NCBI GenBank assembly: GCA_001724265.1 | Contig: MEDY01000294.1 | Location: 1 to 40,885, forward strand | Direction: 5' to 3' | Length of the DNA stretch: 40,885 nucleotides | Source: Rhizaria sp. SCN 62-66 | Taxonomy: Eukaryota | Shown here: piece after piece, positions 11,901 to 20,600 of the stretch | Numbering within the stretch: the first letter of the stretch is position 1 | Layout of the letters: the number at the start of each line of letters is the position of its first letter | Position numbers and translations under genes: made by a program | The notes under the pieces: generated by a model | The model's database searches: none | What the model was told of the DNA's origin: nothing | The model's input: the letters and a program-made list of their open reading frames with translations, nothing else

Positions 11901-14877
11901 TGACCACCTGGGTTGCCACTTCATCAAGGCACTGGATGTCATTCTTCGCACGGGAATCAGTAGTAGCAAGGACAAAAGCGAACTCACCAGGCAGTGACTC
12001 ACCCTCGAAGTAAGGGCGTGCAGTAAACTTGTTCTTGTTGATCTCGAACGCAGGATTGGCCACGTAAGGGGCGTCGTCAATGAATGACACGGTCCACTGG
12101 GACACAACAGACTGCACGTGTGAGTAGGCGATAACGCCATTACGCAGAGTGCAGACCACGGAGAACCTACTCGGGAATGTGCCACTGCCATCGAAGTTCA
12201 CGAGGAAGGTCTTAATAGGCGAGTAGGCGGATGCGCTAGCAGTCAAGACTGCAGTCGAAACCTCCCACACGCCAGTCGTGGCATTGGGCTGCTTCATAGT
12301 GCAATCGAACTCGCCACTGAAATCCTGCTTAAAGTTGGTGCCACTGGTGGACTGCTCGAAAAAGTACGGGAGAGTGAAAGCAACCTTTGAGGGCGAGGTG
12401 GAGAGGTCGAACATCGCATCCCAAACCCAGAATGTGGGCTGGTCGAAGGACGAGTGAGTGTACACGGGGTAGAGGGAACCGCAGTGCTGCTCAGCGCCAA
12501 TGAAATAGCTAGCGGCAGAGAACACGCCCAAGATGGTGACACTAGAGATGGGCAAATCGTAGATGCACGGGAAAGGCCCTGTAATATCGAGGTTGTACTC
12601 CATCATGCCAACGAAACCGGACTTAGAACCAGTGTACTGGAACGTGGGACGCATTGCCACCTTAGGTGCCGAAATGTCGGCAAGGTCCTCACCAAGCGGA
12701 GTCGCGATGACAGTGGCGGCACCGTCAATCATAGCCTCCGCGGGGAACTTTCCAGCCCCGAGGTCGCCGTACTCAACGTCGACAATAGTGGTAGTGGTAG
12801 GGGCCTTAGAGGCAGAGTGCACAATAACTGGGTACGCAACAGTCAAGTCCGCAGCATAGATGGTGGGTCGCGTGTCAAGCACGTACTCGGTTGCCGCAAA
12901 AACACCCTGCGTGGCGGCAGGCGCGAGTGCATCATTATCGATGTCGCACGACACGTGGATGAAGACCACACCGCTGGTGCAGATGTCGGGAGCTACCGTC
13001 ACGGAGAACGACTGAGACGCGAGAGTGACCTTCGTGAGAGGGGCAGTCAATTGGGCGTAAGACACGATACGAGGCGCACGGCACTCGTCGAGGATGCCAA
13101 TAGCATTGTTTGAAACGGTCAAAGGAGTACCCGTCTCACCGGCCGCGCATTTAACAATCTGAAGGGCGTTGATGGCGGGCTTGTTTTCCAGGAAAGGATC
13201 TTTGGGAGTGACGTAAACGAATTCTTTGATGGTAAAATCATTAACATCATTGCTAGCAAGAACCAGGGGGAGGACAGGGGCCAATGACTCATCATAAACG
13301 GTAGCAGTCCACATCTTGACAGAGATCTTAGGTGCAACAACAGTAGTGGCAAAATGAACGACGCACTGAACGAACAAGGGGGCAAGACCGCCGAACTGGT
13401 AGATCTCGAGGTTCTTAGCGCTCACGACGTATTGGTTGGCCGTCGAGGTATCAGCACTACCCACAAGCGCACGAACAGCATACTGGTTGTGGCCCAGACG
13501 GCATTCGACACGCGAGATACCGGCAGCCTGGATCGTGACCTCAGCGTTTACACGAATGTCGTCGCCGACGTCGTTCAAACCAGCACCGCGGAGGTAGAAG
13601 GCCTGCTGGCTAAACTGGTCAAACTCGACGCGAATCGCTTCGTTGACGATGATATGATTGTCGTCATCTTCAGAGTGAGCCCCAGTGTTCCAGGACATGC
13701 ATTTCTCGGGGGCGTCCGCGCAAACAAAGTAGGTTGGGTTGAAAATGCGTTCGAGACCCATGTAGTGGGTGGGCTTAATCTGGGCGTTGTACGTGGTCGT
13801 GGGATTGTTCGTGTCGGCAGTGTCAACCGTGATCGCCATGTTGAACGTGGTGGGAGTCGTAGTGCCATGGCGTGCATCATCAATGTTGGACTTATCACAC
13901 TCAACGGTAATCAGAACGTAGTCAACAATGGTTGCGGTCACAGAATAACTGTGAGTGAGACTGTTGATGTCCACAACGATAGGGGTATCAGAACCAAAAA
14001 TGAGAGTAGCCTCAACACTGCAGGAGTCAGTGGTGGTGTCGCCAACAGTGGGATGGTCCTTATCGAATAGCGTGGCACTGGCAGACGCGTGGTCAACCTT
14101 GATAGTGCTAATAGAGAGCTTATAAGCAGCCGTGAGCTCAACATCACGAATGATGAACTCGTACTTGGTGCTCGTACTATCCGCAGCCGCGTCGATGTCG
14201 TCATTGTAATACTTGGCCTTGACACCGTAACCACGGTTCGGGCGAGCCGGAACCTCGAGGTGGCATTGACGCCAATTGGACGAATCAATGTTCTGCATTT
14301 CAAGCGCAGTAGTGGTAGCATTGATGGGGAAGTTGATGTAAGCATCACTGAATGCCTGGTTGGTAGTCTTTTGAGTGGAGACAGGGCCAGTAAGCTCGAA
14401 GTCACACGCGATCACAGTGTTGTAGTCGTCCATAGTGGAGAAGTCGGGCTGGTTGAAGTCAACGTTGGCCTCCCGGAGGTCAACAGTAATCACCCGGCTA
14501 CCGTCGTCCGTAGTTTCTACGAAATCGCTCGAGATATAGCCAGAGAGCTCGGTGCCATTGTGGAGCTTGGAGAAAGAGCACGTCGCGGTCGTCGGCCAAG
14601 TGACGCCAGTAGCCAAAGTGTGCGCGTAGGCATCAACCTTGAAAGAAGCGAAGAAAGAAGTGTTGGTATCGGGGCGCTGGATATCCTTGAGCGTCCACGA
14701 TGCACTTAAGACAGGGTTAGTGGTCGCAGTCAGCGAATACTTGTGCACACAGTAGCCGAAACCGGGCTTACGGGTGGTCTCCGAAAGCGCAGTAGCTTGA
14801 CCCACAAGGAAGAAGAGGGTAATGAAAGCGACACCCCACTGCAACCATCGTTGCGGTGTTGTGTTTTGCCCACTCAT
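2983..14877 (-). CDS. Giant polycystin-1-like (PKD1/REJ family) surface protein with Sushi/CCP array, REJ-like region, GPS/GAIN motif and 5 TM helices, 3964 aa
   Basis: Uninterrupted 11.9-kb ORF, ATG to TAA. N-terminal signal peptide (WGVAFITLFFLVGQATA). Repeated CCP-like Cys patterns (CKPGY..C...W...C). REJ-like LVIDGSMS...KYQWKC. GPS motif WGTGGC...CRCTHLTSF. Five hydrophobic helices with PKD1-like ENHLFFSAFARSP and W...F...VEMFAVKP motifs. Confidence 0.9.
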   Translation of the reverse strand: MSGQNTTPQRWLQWGVAFITLFFLVGQATALSETTRKPGFGYCVHKYSLTATTNPVLSASWTLKDIQRPDTNTSFFASFKVDAYAHTLATGVTWPTTATCSFSKLHNGTELSGYISSDFVETTDDGSRVITVDLREANVDFNQPDFSTMDDYNTVIACDFELTGPVSTQKTTNQAFSDAYINFPINATTTALEMQNIDSSNWRQCHLEVPARPNRGYGVKAKYYNDDIDAAADSTSTKYEFIIRDVELTAAYKLSISTIKVDHASASATLFDKDHPTVGDTTTDSCSVEATLIFGSDTPIVVDINSLTHSYSVTATIVDYVLITVECDKSNIDDARHGTTTPTTFNMAITVDTADTNNPTTTYNAQIKPTHYMGLERIFNPTYFVCADAPEKCMSWNTGAHSEDDDNHIIVNEAIRVEFDQFSQQAFYLRGAGLNDVGDDIRVNAEVTIQAAGISRVECRLGHNQYAVRALVGSADTSTANQYVVSAKNLEIYQFGGLAPLFVQCVVHFATTVVAPKISVKMWTATVYDESLAPVLPLVLASNDVNDFTIKEFVYVTPKDPFLENKPAINALQIVKCAAGETGTPLTVSNNAIGILDECRAPRIVSYAQLTAPLTKVTLASQSFSVTVAPDICTSGVVFIHVSCDIDNDALAPAATQGVFAATEYVLDTRPTIYAADLTVAYPVIVHSASKAPTTTTIVDVEYGDLGAGKFPAEAMIDGAATVIATPLGEDLADISAPKVAMRPTFQYTGSKSGFVGMMEYNLDITGPFPCIYDLPISSVTILGVFSAASYFIGAEQHCGSLYPVYTHSSFDQPTFWVWDAMFDLSTSPSKVAFTLPYFFEQSTSGTNFKQDFSGEFDCTMKQPNATTGVWEVSTAVLTASASAYSPIKTFLVNFDGSGTFPSRFSVVCTLRNGVIAYSHVQSVVSQWTVSFIDDAPYVANPAFEINKNKFTARPYFEGESLPGEFAFVLATTDSRAKNDIQCLDEVATQVVSSGMAIYNYNFGMSPTGIITCGEPGYPIIAGFLNDPAESTFCADTYATAYLDTTYPVDDIKYNATEKSRTFVCDSNMALGFNSVFSPDYVQYCKPPSYDSNGDIVPGGWYSSADFYSAISEDAQCLTLAVVGSTVVLDRVAWYLGGIVYSDRDISSTVFTFSVNYTYELVLKMTFSNTVLDHDDIQFTITHSADVTTNNCQATSSGFFEDEIGDTLVAKISLNCANADQPYIDFKVGTVGVPAAHFFGKVKSFYGQPFEVADAATCIEGDVEAFYDPEAYKAMVNDRTTSSTIVPTEVFMVADETDSRYFCAGKFSDYTIPTSGFFAIGTVPTAFTAGTNAITISLATTNEGGTTAVIGGITYKATPVSGQQYLPSAYLCLNLVAVGPIKGTPALYVGSTSVVNSTTDSEFLDVFYNTVATVIECPDHHFAYQTYDQICDIKTGLWMVDYVRCVPMKCETALPSPPINAEWDMLTNDTASTVPSITYNEVGDAFRAVCPAGYKAPDTAAYGVFCAATKTVSGGVDVFDYEWRTVGTLFECEAVKCDPEVVSNLLHLNASYFVYDAASNYTYLHSNPIVAFANATEGDKVTVSCATNAGLYSNFGSATSYTCTNGAWVSSGAVAFPDTECYDARCPITILPNYNQANVAFAEKYYNRTDLVDNVGINCCSTNATSCADFKVYSDYSCGIDNLGLPKWHGSYFYCASSKDQCDGALPTIAHSEPGLEGLYHATPATPTVDAHTKNGDSLRVTCKPGYSVNHAALTGAALQCTHTVGSGFGFKTILASGFTATNPLCIRTSCVLPSIPTGVELTVNRFFMDGAFYALDGTFAHYTCPGTQTLVGPTSSKCVNGVWNNGAAPRVSCVELGCSVNDDNIDYKDYSGVALDSADAQPGDTAFASCNHTYARFETPLYATSEGGDFDATQVRAVRLPVVCVFNAATGTSVWKTYVADGTQADVPMCSVSFCELTQAAASLARWQGSVIMTSNIHGFNYFTNVAGPIKASPGDELHYTCPENIGTPSSIDFTTLCVGQKSLGLAATVTSATDFYGWETMPVCTYTDCNNQYFSDPNVDNGSSQTNLGNAFEVECKEGYIPAGVAPRCSAAGWDVPATATLCKVDVKCDALDSGLYNMERIDAVAGLTDYSVGTTHSVKCVDSDMEIPATSSFIIKCVADTATKGKFTAYPATLAMPVCAVPACTPNTGVEIVSNNLKCVNISHALVYMPTMTLMVDGDPKLATTCTDGTMADYRCFNRDDKCKEENLPDAPVFGEYFLDTDHGIDYQMICKDPTAIPVNMPIYKCVQRFESTGEFVSVFELTTSYNADPNCYYSTGTCETFALKEDTINNLSDPMIVNDVDLNGKTVSCPAGYYPVSRDELSFTCVNGRWLQSSSNALASAVTASSLCKPIPCPEHPIGTSGLNILDRSANHESYRVQCTNLDYTMYDTTGIVNASITTITCDVATGYWQSMPTCARICDAALTVDNGNVHFSKAVFPGNFVAAGTDVFLQCKPGYHAAEQELSTCKNTGGAWVSKDNSAIPSKLACEFDVEFTDNKVFRMTDAMTFEIKMKNVGTTTAFMTPSNENCYAFFEDVTADSFGSAAICALHVEGIRVRVSDDFTLLKNSPVYIRGDVIFSSLVADGATSGPFLPRTEMISIDVDTNKLMLTSTTSQVTYGIFADSCTDTVDIDFLAYFTTASHYAGRNLKISASTTTPNTLSNAAVANINAMLGEYNNNGWIESRQAVHNGLSHKAIFGPNMVYAATSVNIKLTATNWLGYSADYQLLFSLSTNGNIVPKLQNDGVEVYVGEQFKVAAFNPAVNCLANTKITSFVWTYANQVVSSTTATFTAVSSSTTATYVLYYTVDGFPRSASQTFDVVIKPIVLHPIIAGPVYTQHRPASDPSANIDAAGAFSHNVFDRTASLVIDGSMSHAEGAYSSALKYQWKCMMDIYYDATISQGTSMEESVPVADVSSTNRNVWVDCSVRAYGRKFTQYGSKLTLSNEDLAALFVGQGELRIRYDLTVSSDIDDVNPATVSTMVRLIDSEAHHVVSYVTVAIPDSQLASFGADTIRYSYRRQRPQRYTVLPGQDLTLRGVISAPSSTYTSFWSCSGIDLAQFALSPTTNAATLTISGAAFVGGFDAECRISVLAGNVGIPSDTSVVAYNGRDAHYAYMRIVVHTPPYVTMSVAVEPTVTTVTANSVSVTNADMLYSFFLIRGSSRIAVSLNQTQKALKYFTSPASNTFEIEVVDSYGAMTLASKTAAVPSGTSTNGNSQQSAQAALTAASPSDYIMQALSAAANLLGNNTDAANAIRVELIKYATEKLSSFAGLEGSNAAGSTGVLEAVATLVGSGSNTTQPSVEVRSAALAAVSAHIEALATSGSKATPNTAKIAVETFAKVAEVAAVEKNVTEITLAARSFAAQLPFIVYNLLGASTAESGSVSLTSGKVTVTAQRFTLAAAQAAFAQAGRTVRVSSDFFQSLAAQGLTTVDAAEITHDDAAFTSSVGAATEESAVSRVVGLAFFTGYTAVDTSSISRVLLTAAHPNGLTSSAHRYRTCQFLDESSYALDSERAAWGTGGCVVDSQEETYTVCRCTHLTSFRVRAGYDLYAGDGWLQLTNHNLDNNRNPIYMILVWFGAAIVLVIIAASVDGSKKVQGLKMLVGQWATGEAPKRGDAIEGAHCSNAVLMTKSMLCENHLFFSAFARSPLSNIGGATRMLASSIVLLSAFAVTVMFWGGSQARNDIDNFGGVMFLGALVMIGVSIILHFVLSHTRSYGVKDFLYQYAFEAAQLFHTGSSDYFTTAEANALKARADPAHAALYAQAMNAAVVGNEAELHTLLRQCIVIDEAAATATFNRKGVSIGAGAIFSYGFLVAWVFGLSILICAFGIQLENTVSTTFGTWIGSAFATIGVEMFAVKPFLFFMYSLLATTCSANPASAGAYEQDAVLTAYEKLRAYAPPTAAHGEDTADGAVAVEEDGATI
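4125..4265 (-). other. GPS autoproteolysis motif of the polycystin-like protein (predicted H-L/T cleavage between nt 4138 and 4137)
   Basis: Translates C-QFLDE...W-GTGGC-VV...CRC-THL-TSF, matching the C..W...GC...CxCxHL|TxF GPS consensus, about 30 aa before TM1. Confidence 0.88.
7280..10640 (-). repeat. Tandem array of ~14-15 divergent Sushi/CCP-like modules within the giant protein
   Basis: Recurring ~60-90 aa units with four Cys and a Trp before the last Cys, e.g. CVLPSIP...CPGTQTLVGPTSSKCVNGVW...C and CDAALTVDNG...CKPGY...C...W...C. Boundaries are approximate. Confidence 0.8.
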
Positions 14878-17108
14878 GATGAGCTACTTATTTGGAAAGC
14901 AAGGGCGAATGAAATTAAAGCAAGGATGAAGGCGAGAGCGGAGACAAGGCGAAGAGGCACAGGAGGAAAGAAAGAGGGTGGAAACAAGGGGGAAAGTGCA
15001 TGAGTGAGAAAAAAAGGTACAAAATGGAATAAATCAAGCAAGATCTGAAATAGTGAACCATTGGCAAACGTGTACAGGTGAATGGTAGTGTAGGCAAAGA
15101 GTGAGCCAAAAGAGTTGCCGAAGACCATAAGGACAAGGCGGAAATGAAATGAAACTGGTGTACAGGGCTAGACCTTGCAGCGCATGATAGCTGCCCATTG
15201 CCAAAGCAATATTGAGATCTGGACAAGCACAATGGCGATAGTATCAGTTCAATTACGTTTCTCAGCGAAGCAGGCCAAGGTGCAAATGAAAACGAGCCGC
15301 GCCCAATGGCCCATCCCAAGCGGAATGAGATCAAGCAAGCCTTTAAAGCATACGAACGATAGCATCCAGCAAGGATCGCATATAATTTGGGCAAAGAAGG
15401 CAACTGATTACTTATGTGAATCAATCGCCGAGTCAGTTCGTTGTCTATTTACGCAGCAAAAGGCTCGAAAAGGTTCAAGGGGTTGGCAGAGTCCACGGCG
15501 ACGGCGGCTTAACTTAGTCTATTATATGAGTACCGAAAAATGTCAATGTGATTTTTGTATTTGTATTTAGGCCACTTTTCTAGGTCCATTCTTCTCACAG
15601 TCACAACATTGGCAGGACGACAGGCGGATTGATCATGATACCCCCAATAATATCTTTCTTCGATCCACTAATTTCATTTCGACGTGAAAACGCACATTTA
15701 CCGCGGCCCCATTTGTTCTCTTGCCCCCATTTTCTTACACTCCCCTCTCCATTGCCCATTTATCTCTTCGCTAGCTCGACTCGCCATGTACGTTTTCTAT
15801 CGTTGAGCCCGGTTCTGCCCTACGCATCGCAGGATATCTCGATTTTGTCTTTGAGTTGTAGGGTGCCTGTCCTTTATAGCCACGCCTTTGCTTTTGGCGC
15901 ATTCGTTTTTGTGAATATCACGGCGGTATCCAGTCATTTTTGTCTCAGTGATCAGTTTCGCTGTCTAACTTGAGGCTTTCAATGGCTCACGCCACAACAT
16001 GCTTCGAGCGACTCATCAGTAACTGTCACAGCAGCATATCATGTACGCTCCATGAATAACTGGATGTGGAGAAACATATGTGTGTAAGTAATGCTATGGT
16101 GCATAATCCGCGAACCACAGCCAGAAAGTTGAATGTCTTGCTGGAACCATCAGTGACAAGAAGTCGCACTTCAACCTCTTGCTCTGAGAGACATGTAGCA
16201 TTTCAGGTATGATGACTTTCAATTCAAACATGCCAATGATTTATGACTATATTTGATTTCGATTCACTGTATAGACATATGTTGGTCCATTCAACGCTTG
16301 TTCTTTCCACGTACGTTTTCTGCCACAGGCTTCAATTGCAGTTACAATGCTTCGTTAAGTGTGCAGGACTAGACACACCTAGAGTCTCATAGTGTTTGGC
16401 GGAGGTTCAGTAATGATGTTGCTTCCGGAGACGACACCCAGTTGAGCAGCGGTCGTAAGTACAACAGGCGTTGACGCGTGCTTAATCACGGTCGTGGGTC
16501 TACAGTGAGGCACATTGAAGTCGATAACAATGTCACAAGCATCTATTTTCACTTATCGGATTGGCCCGGCAGATGTGACATCAGTCCAGGATCATGTGTG
16601 GTATCAGTCCAGGATCTCTCGCTGACGCTACTGCGCAGCCGTGATAACAGTAGCGCATTTCCCAGTCTTAACTCTCATCGTTGATGACGACATTCGTCCT
16701 CACACCGTTCACTTCAGGTTGTGTGAGTTGACGTAAGACTTGTCGAAGTGACTCTTTTATTTGTCAGTCATAATGTCTTTTTCTCGCTTGTCGCTCAATA
16801 CAACTCGACGAACTTTTTGGAACAGGATGACACCAGGACACTCGTTCTGCTGCAGCCGGCGGAGATCTTAAGGCATTTTTTGGCCAGACCTGCTAGATTG
16901 AATCGTCGCATCAAATAACCGTAAATCCACATGTCTTTTGAAGTACTTGCTTCTTCTTTGTTTTTTTACATTATATCATAGTTGTATTACTTCATTATCC
17001 AGATATAGCATCAAATCGTCAATTGTTAATATGCCTTTTCACAAGTCAACAGCTCGAAACGTTCTACTACCTTCATCCGATAACGATACACTCTTTTACC
17101 GTTTAGCT

Positions 17109-17554
17109 ATGCCGCCACTGATGTAGTCATAGTGTAATTCCAGTTCCGTTCTACAGCCCCTCCCAGTGCACCCTCTGTCGGGCGTGCTCTTGCCCTTGAC
17201 CAGTGCTACCTTGCAAGAGGCCCCCGCCTATCACGACGAGCCTCCCTGCGCCCGCGACCAAGCCGCCGCGGTTCTCTCCTCACTCGCCCAGGTCTACTCT
17301 GCTATCAGCGCTTACACCGACCCGGCCTCGTGCGTAACCACGGTGAGCGCAGTGCCGCGCGCGTGGTGGGTGCGCTGGGCGCGTGCCTGCGGTCTTTGTC
17401 CCGACCACGCCCACACGCACTCATTCGCCCACTTCGTCGCCACTGTCCGCGCCATTCTCGCCTCGCTTGCTACTGCTAACACCGCCCTTAGGGCCGGCAA
17501 CCCAGACACTGATGCAGGAGTGGCACCTGAATGTCGCAATGCGAATGGTGACTC

Positions 17555-17607
<53 letters not shown>

Positions 17608-20600
17608 TTAGCACGCGGTTTGACGAAGACCCTCTTTCGCAGCCACTGCTATCATTGCCGAGCCTTGTGCTGCCCCAGTGCAAAGGCACCGCCGGGCCTG
17701 ACCCCGCGGCTCCGATGCTCGTCGCGTCCGACCTCATCACCACGCTACCGAGCCCACCGTAGACCCACACAAGCGCCGCTTTCACCGCAACTGCTGCCCA
17801 TGCCGCTCGCGACCGTGACGACGATCGTGTCCATGACAGCTCCACCACGTCAACTACGAGAACACCTGCAGTGGCGCGCGCACCCTCAGCCATTGCCGGT
17901 GCGGTTGCCGCTGCCGCTGCCGCTCTGCGCGCTCAGGCGAACGGCAGCTCAGTCTCTAGCACTCCGGGAGCTGCAAGCGGGAATGTAAGTCTCAAACGCA
18001 TCGCCCGCTGCCGCTGCTGCCGCGCCGCTGCCGCCACACTTGCACAAGGGCCAGTGCCCAACTCCTGTGCGAAGGCATACCAATCTGCTGGCTTTGAGGC
18101 TGTTTCTGCAGACTCTGCGCCTGCTGACAGCGTTGCTCCTGCGCATGCTCCGCTCGTTCTGCCGCCTGCAAGCTGTCTCCACCTCATCTCAGCCGCTCTC
18201 ATGCCGCCGCCCCCAACCGCTGCAGACACTGCCGACCCCTCCGTCCCATCAAACTCTGCTTCTGCGCTGCCGCCAGTTCTGCTGATACCCGGCGCGCGCA
18301 GTCAGCTGCAGTGGCTTCCTGGGTCAACCGCGGCGCTGCTGGCGCGTTGGCACGGCGCCGTGGCCCGCCCGGTCCGCGCCGCCATCGCCTTGCCGCTCCC
18401 GGTTACCGCCGGCGGCTCAGCGCGCAGTGGCCGTGGGAGCGGCAGTGGAGGCGGCACTAGCTGTGCGGGGATGCTGTGGCGTCTGGCGCTGACGCCAGAG
18501 CCCGTGCCGGTGGCCGTCTCGCTTGCGCCGCTGCCCGGGACAACTCGCACTCAGTCGCATTCGCAGTCTCACTCTCAGTCTCAAGCTCAGTCCCAGTCCC
18601 AGTCCCAGCCGCAGCTCTTGCCGGCGGTTCTCGCGACTGTGCTGGCTGCCCCGTCACTGTCTCTGCAAGCCTTGGTTGCCGCCACAGTTAGCACAAGCAC
18701 AGGCGCTGGTGGCAGCCCCAGTCTTAGCACACCTGCCGCCAACGGGATCACTCACGCCTGTGCCGGTGCTGGTAAAGCCGCTGGTTGTGACGCGGCGTGC
18801 GTTATGCTGTTGCCACCAGTCTGGCCTTCGCAGAGCATTTCCACAGTCTCTGGCAGCGGTCAATCTGCTGTGGGTAGCGCCGAGCCCCCCGCCGGGCCCG
18901 GCCGGGTGTACGTGCGCTGCAGTTACGAGCCAACCTTCTTCAGCGCCAGCGCGAATGCGAATGCGAGCGGTGCGTGGGGACGCGACGCAGACGACTCAGC
19001 ACAGCTACCCGATTTGCCTCACGCTACAACCACCGCCGACGACACTGACGCCCTGAACGTGTCCTGTATCGATGAGAATGGCCCTGACGCCGCCGCTGCT
19101 GCTGTTGCTGCAGGTGCTGGTTTGACGACCCCGCCGCGCCGCCGCCCCGCCCCCGCCTCAAGCGAAACCGCTGCCGCCGGCGCCGTTGCTGTTATCGGAC
19201 CCGGCCGGTTATTGAGCGCGACGCCGGCCCTCGCTGGGTACCTCGCCCGTCGGGGGTCGATGCCCACGGTCACAGCCGCCGCCGCCGCTGCCGCCGCGGC
19301 CGCCGCCGCCGCCGCAGCAGCAGCGTCCGGCACGAGCGGTTCGAACAATGCGACCGTGGCGGCGGCGGCGCCGTTCATGACCCCCGGGCCTCGCCTGCCC
19401 TCCGCCGTTACCGCCGCCGCCGCTGGAGCAGGAGCCGGAGCCGGTGCCTCTGCCGCAGTTGTGTTCGCCGCCGGTGCAGGCGCTTGGGCTGACCCAGGCG
19501 CCGCCGCCGCTGCCGCTAGCCGCGTGGACCTCGTTGCGCTCCCGCGCTGGGCCATCGCCCCGCCAGAGATCGCAATTGCACCCCTCGAAGCACTCGCCCC
19601 CGCTGTGGCCGCGGGCGCGGCGGGGGCGGGGATGCGGGAGAGGTGGCGAGGTGCCGCACTCGCGCTGCCGGCGAGGTATGTCCGTGCGGCTGCGGTCGCG
19701 CGGGCGGCGGCGGCGGCGGAGGAAGTGTTGGCTGAGGCTGCGCTCAAGGCGGACGGGTTTGACGATTCGCCCCGTAAACGCTTCAACCATCAGAAAAAGA
19801 ATGCGTGTATGCGGGAGAATGGCGCGAGTGAGAGTGCCAGTGACAGCGATTCTGACGGCGACGACGATGATGACGATGATGATGAGGATGATGGTGACGC
19901 AGAGAGTTCTATTGGCGGAGAGTGGGGCAACACCAGTAGTGCAAGGAGTCCTGACGTCGGCGCGGCCGCCGATGTTGCGATGCTCTGGCTCGCCGTCACC
20001 CCGGTAGCCACCGCTGACTCGAGCACTGACTCAAACTCTGGCTCGGGTGACTGTAGTGCGCAGTTTGCTTCTCACGCTGCTACTGTTTCTGCTGCTGTTG
20101 ACTCTGCCGTTGTGGGTGTTGAGACTGCTGCTGCTGCTGCTGCTGCTGTTGATGGCTGGTGGCTGCGGGCCGGTGCCTGCATCGACATCGACGCCAACGC
20201 TGCTTCCGCACTCGCCAACAAAACATCCTCACTCAACGACAAAGCCACCGCCGCACTCGCGTCGACTGCGACTGCTGCTGCTGCCGACGCTTCTGTTGGC
20301 GTGGAGCATACAGGTGGCCCGGTTGCGACTGCACCGCGGTGGGAGCGCGGCGTCGTCGTCGCCCGCCGCCGGACGCACTCCCCCACCACAGCTGAGTCCC
20401 ATGACCCTGACACTGACTTGGGGTGTGTGCGAGTGTGTGTACGGTGTGTCTCAGCACCGGAGCTGGGTCGCTGGTGGCTTCCGTTATCCGACCCGGCGGC
20501 TGCGGCGGCACTCGCGCCCGCGGGGTCCCGGGCACCAGGTTTGTACGCTGTGGCGCAGACTGGCCCGCTCGCGGTCGCGCCGCCGCTGTCTCTGTCCACG

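Noticed and set aside
3040-14709. Long plus-strand ORFs (e.g. 3040-4635, 4807-5976, 6235-7299, 9412-10452) opposite the giant gene
   Set aside because: Antisense shadows of a codon-biased GC-rich CDS; the translations are G/V/R-rich with no recognisable motifs.
16580-16616. 14-bp direct repeat ATCAGTCCAGGATC with a 9-nt spacer
   Set aside because: Only two units and no associated genes; not a CRISPR array, probably a local duplication.
14878-17108. Short ORFs and a possible suppressor tRNA in the 2.2-kb divergent intergenic region
   Set aside because: The ORFs lack coding-like composition, and I could not find a cloverleaf with a T-loop GTTCRA motif and CTA anticodon by eye; tRNAscan-SE would settle it.
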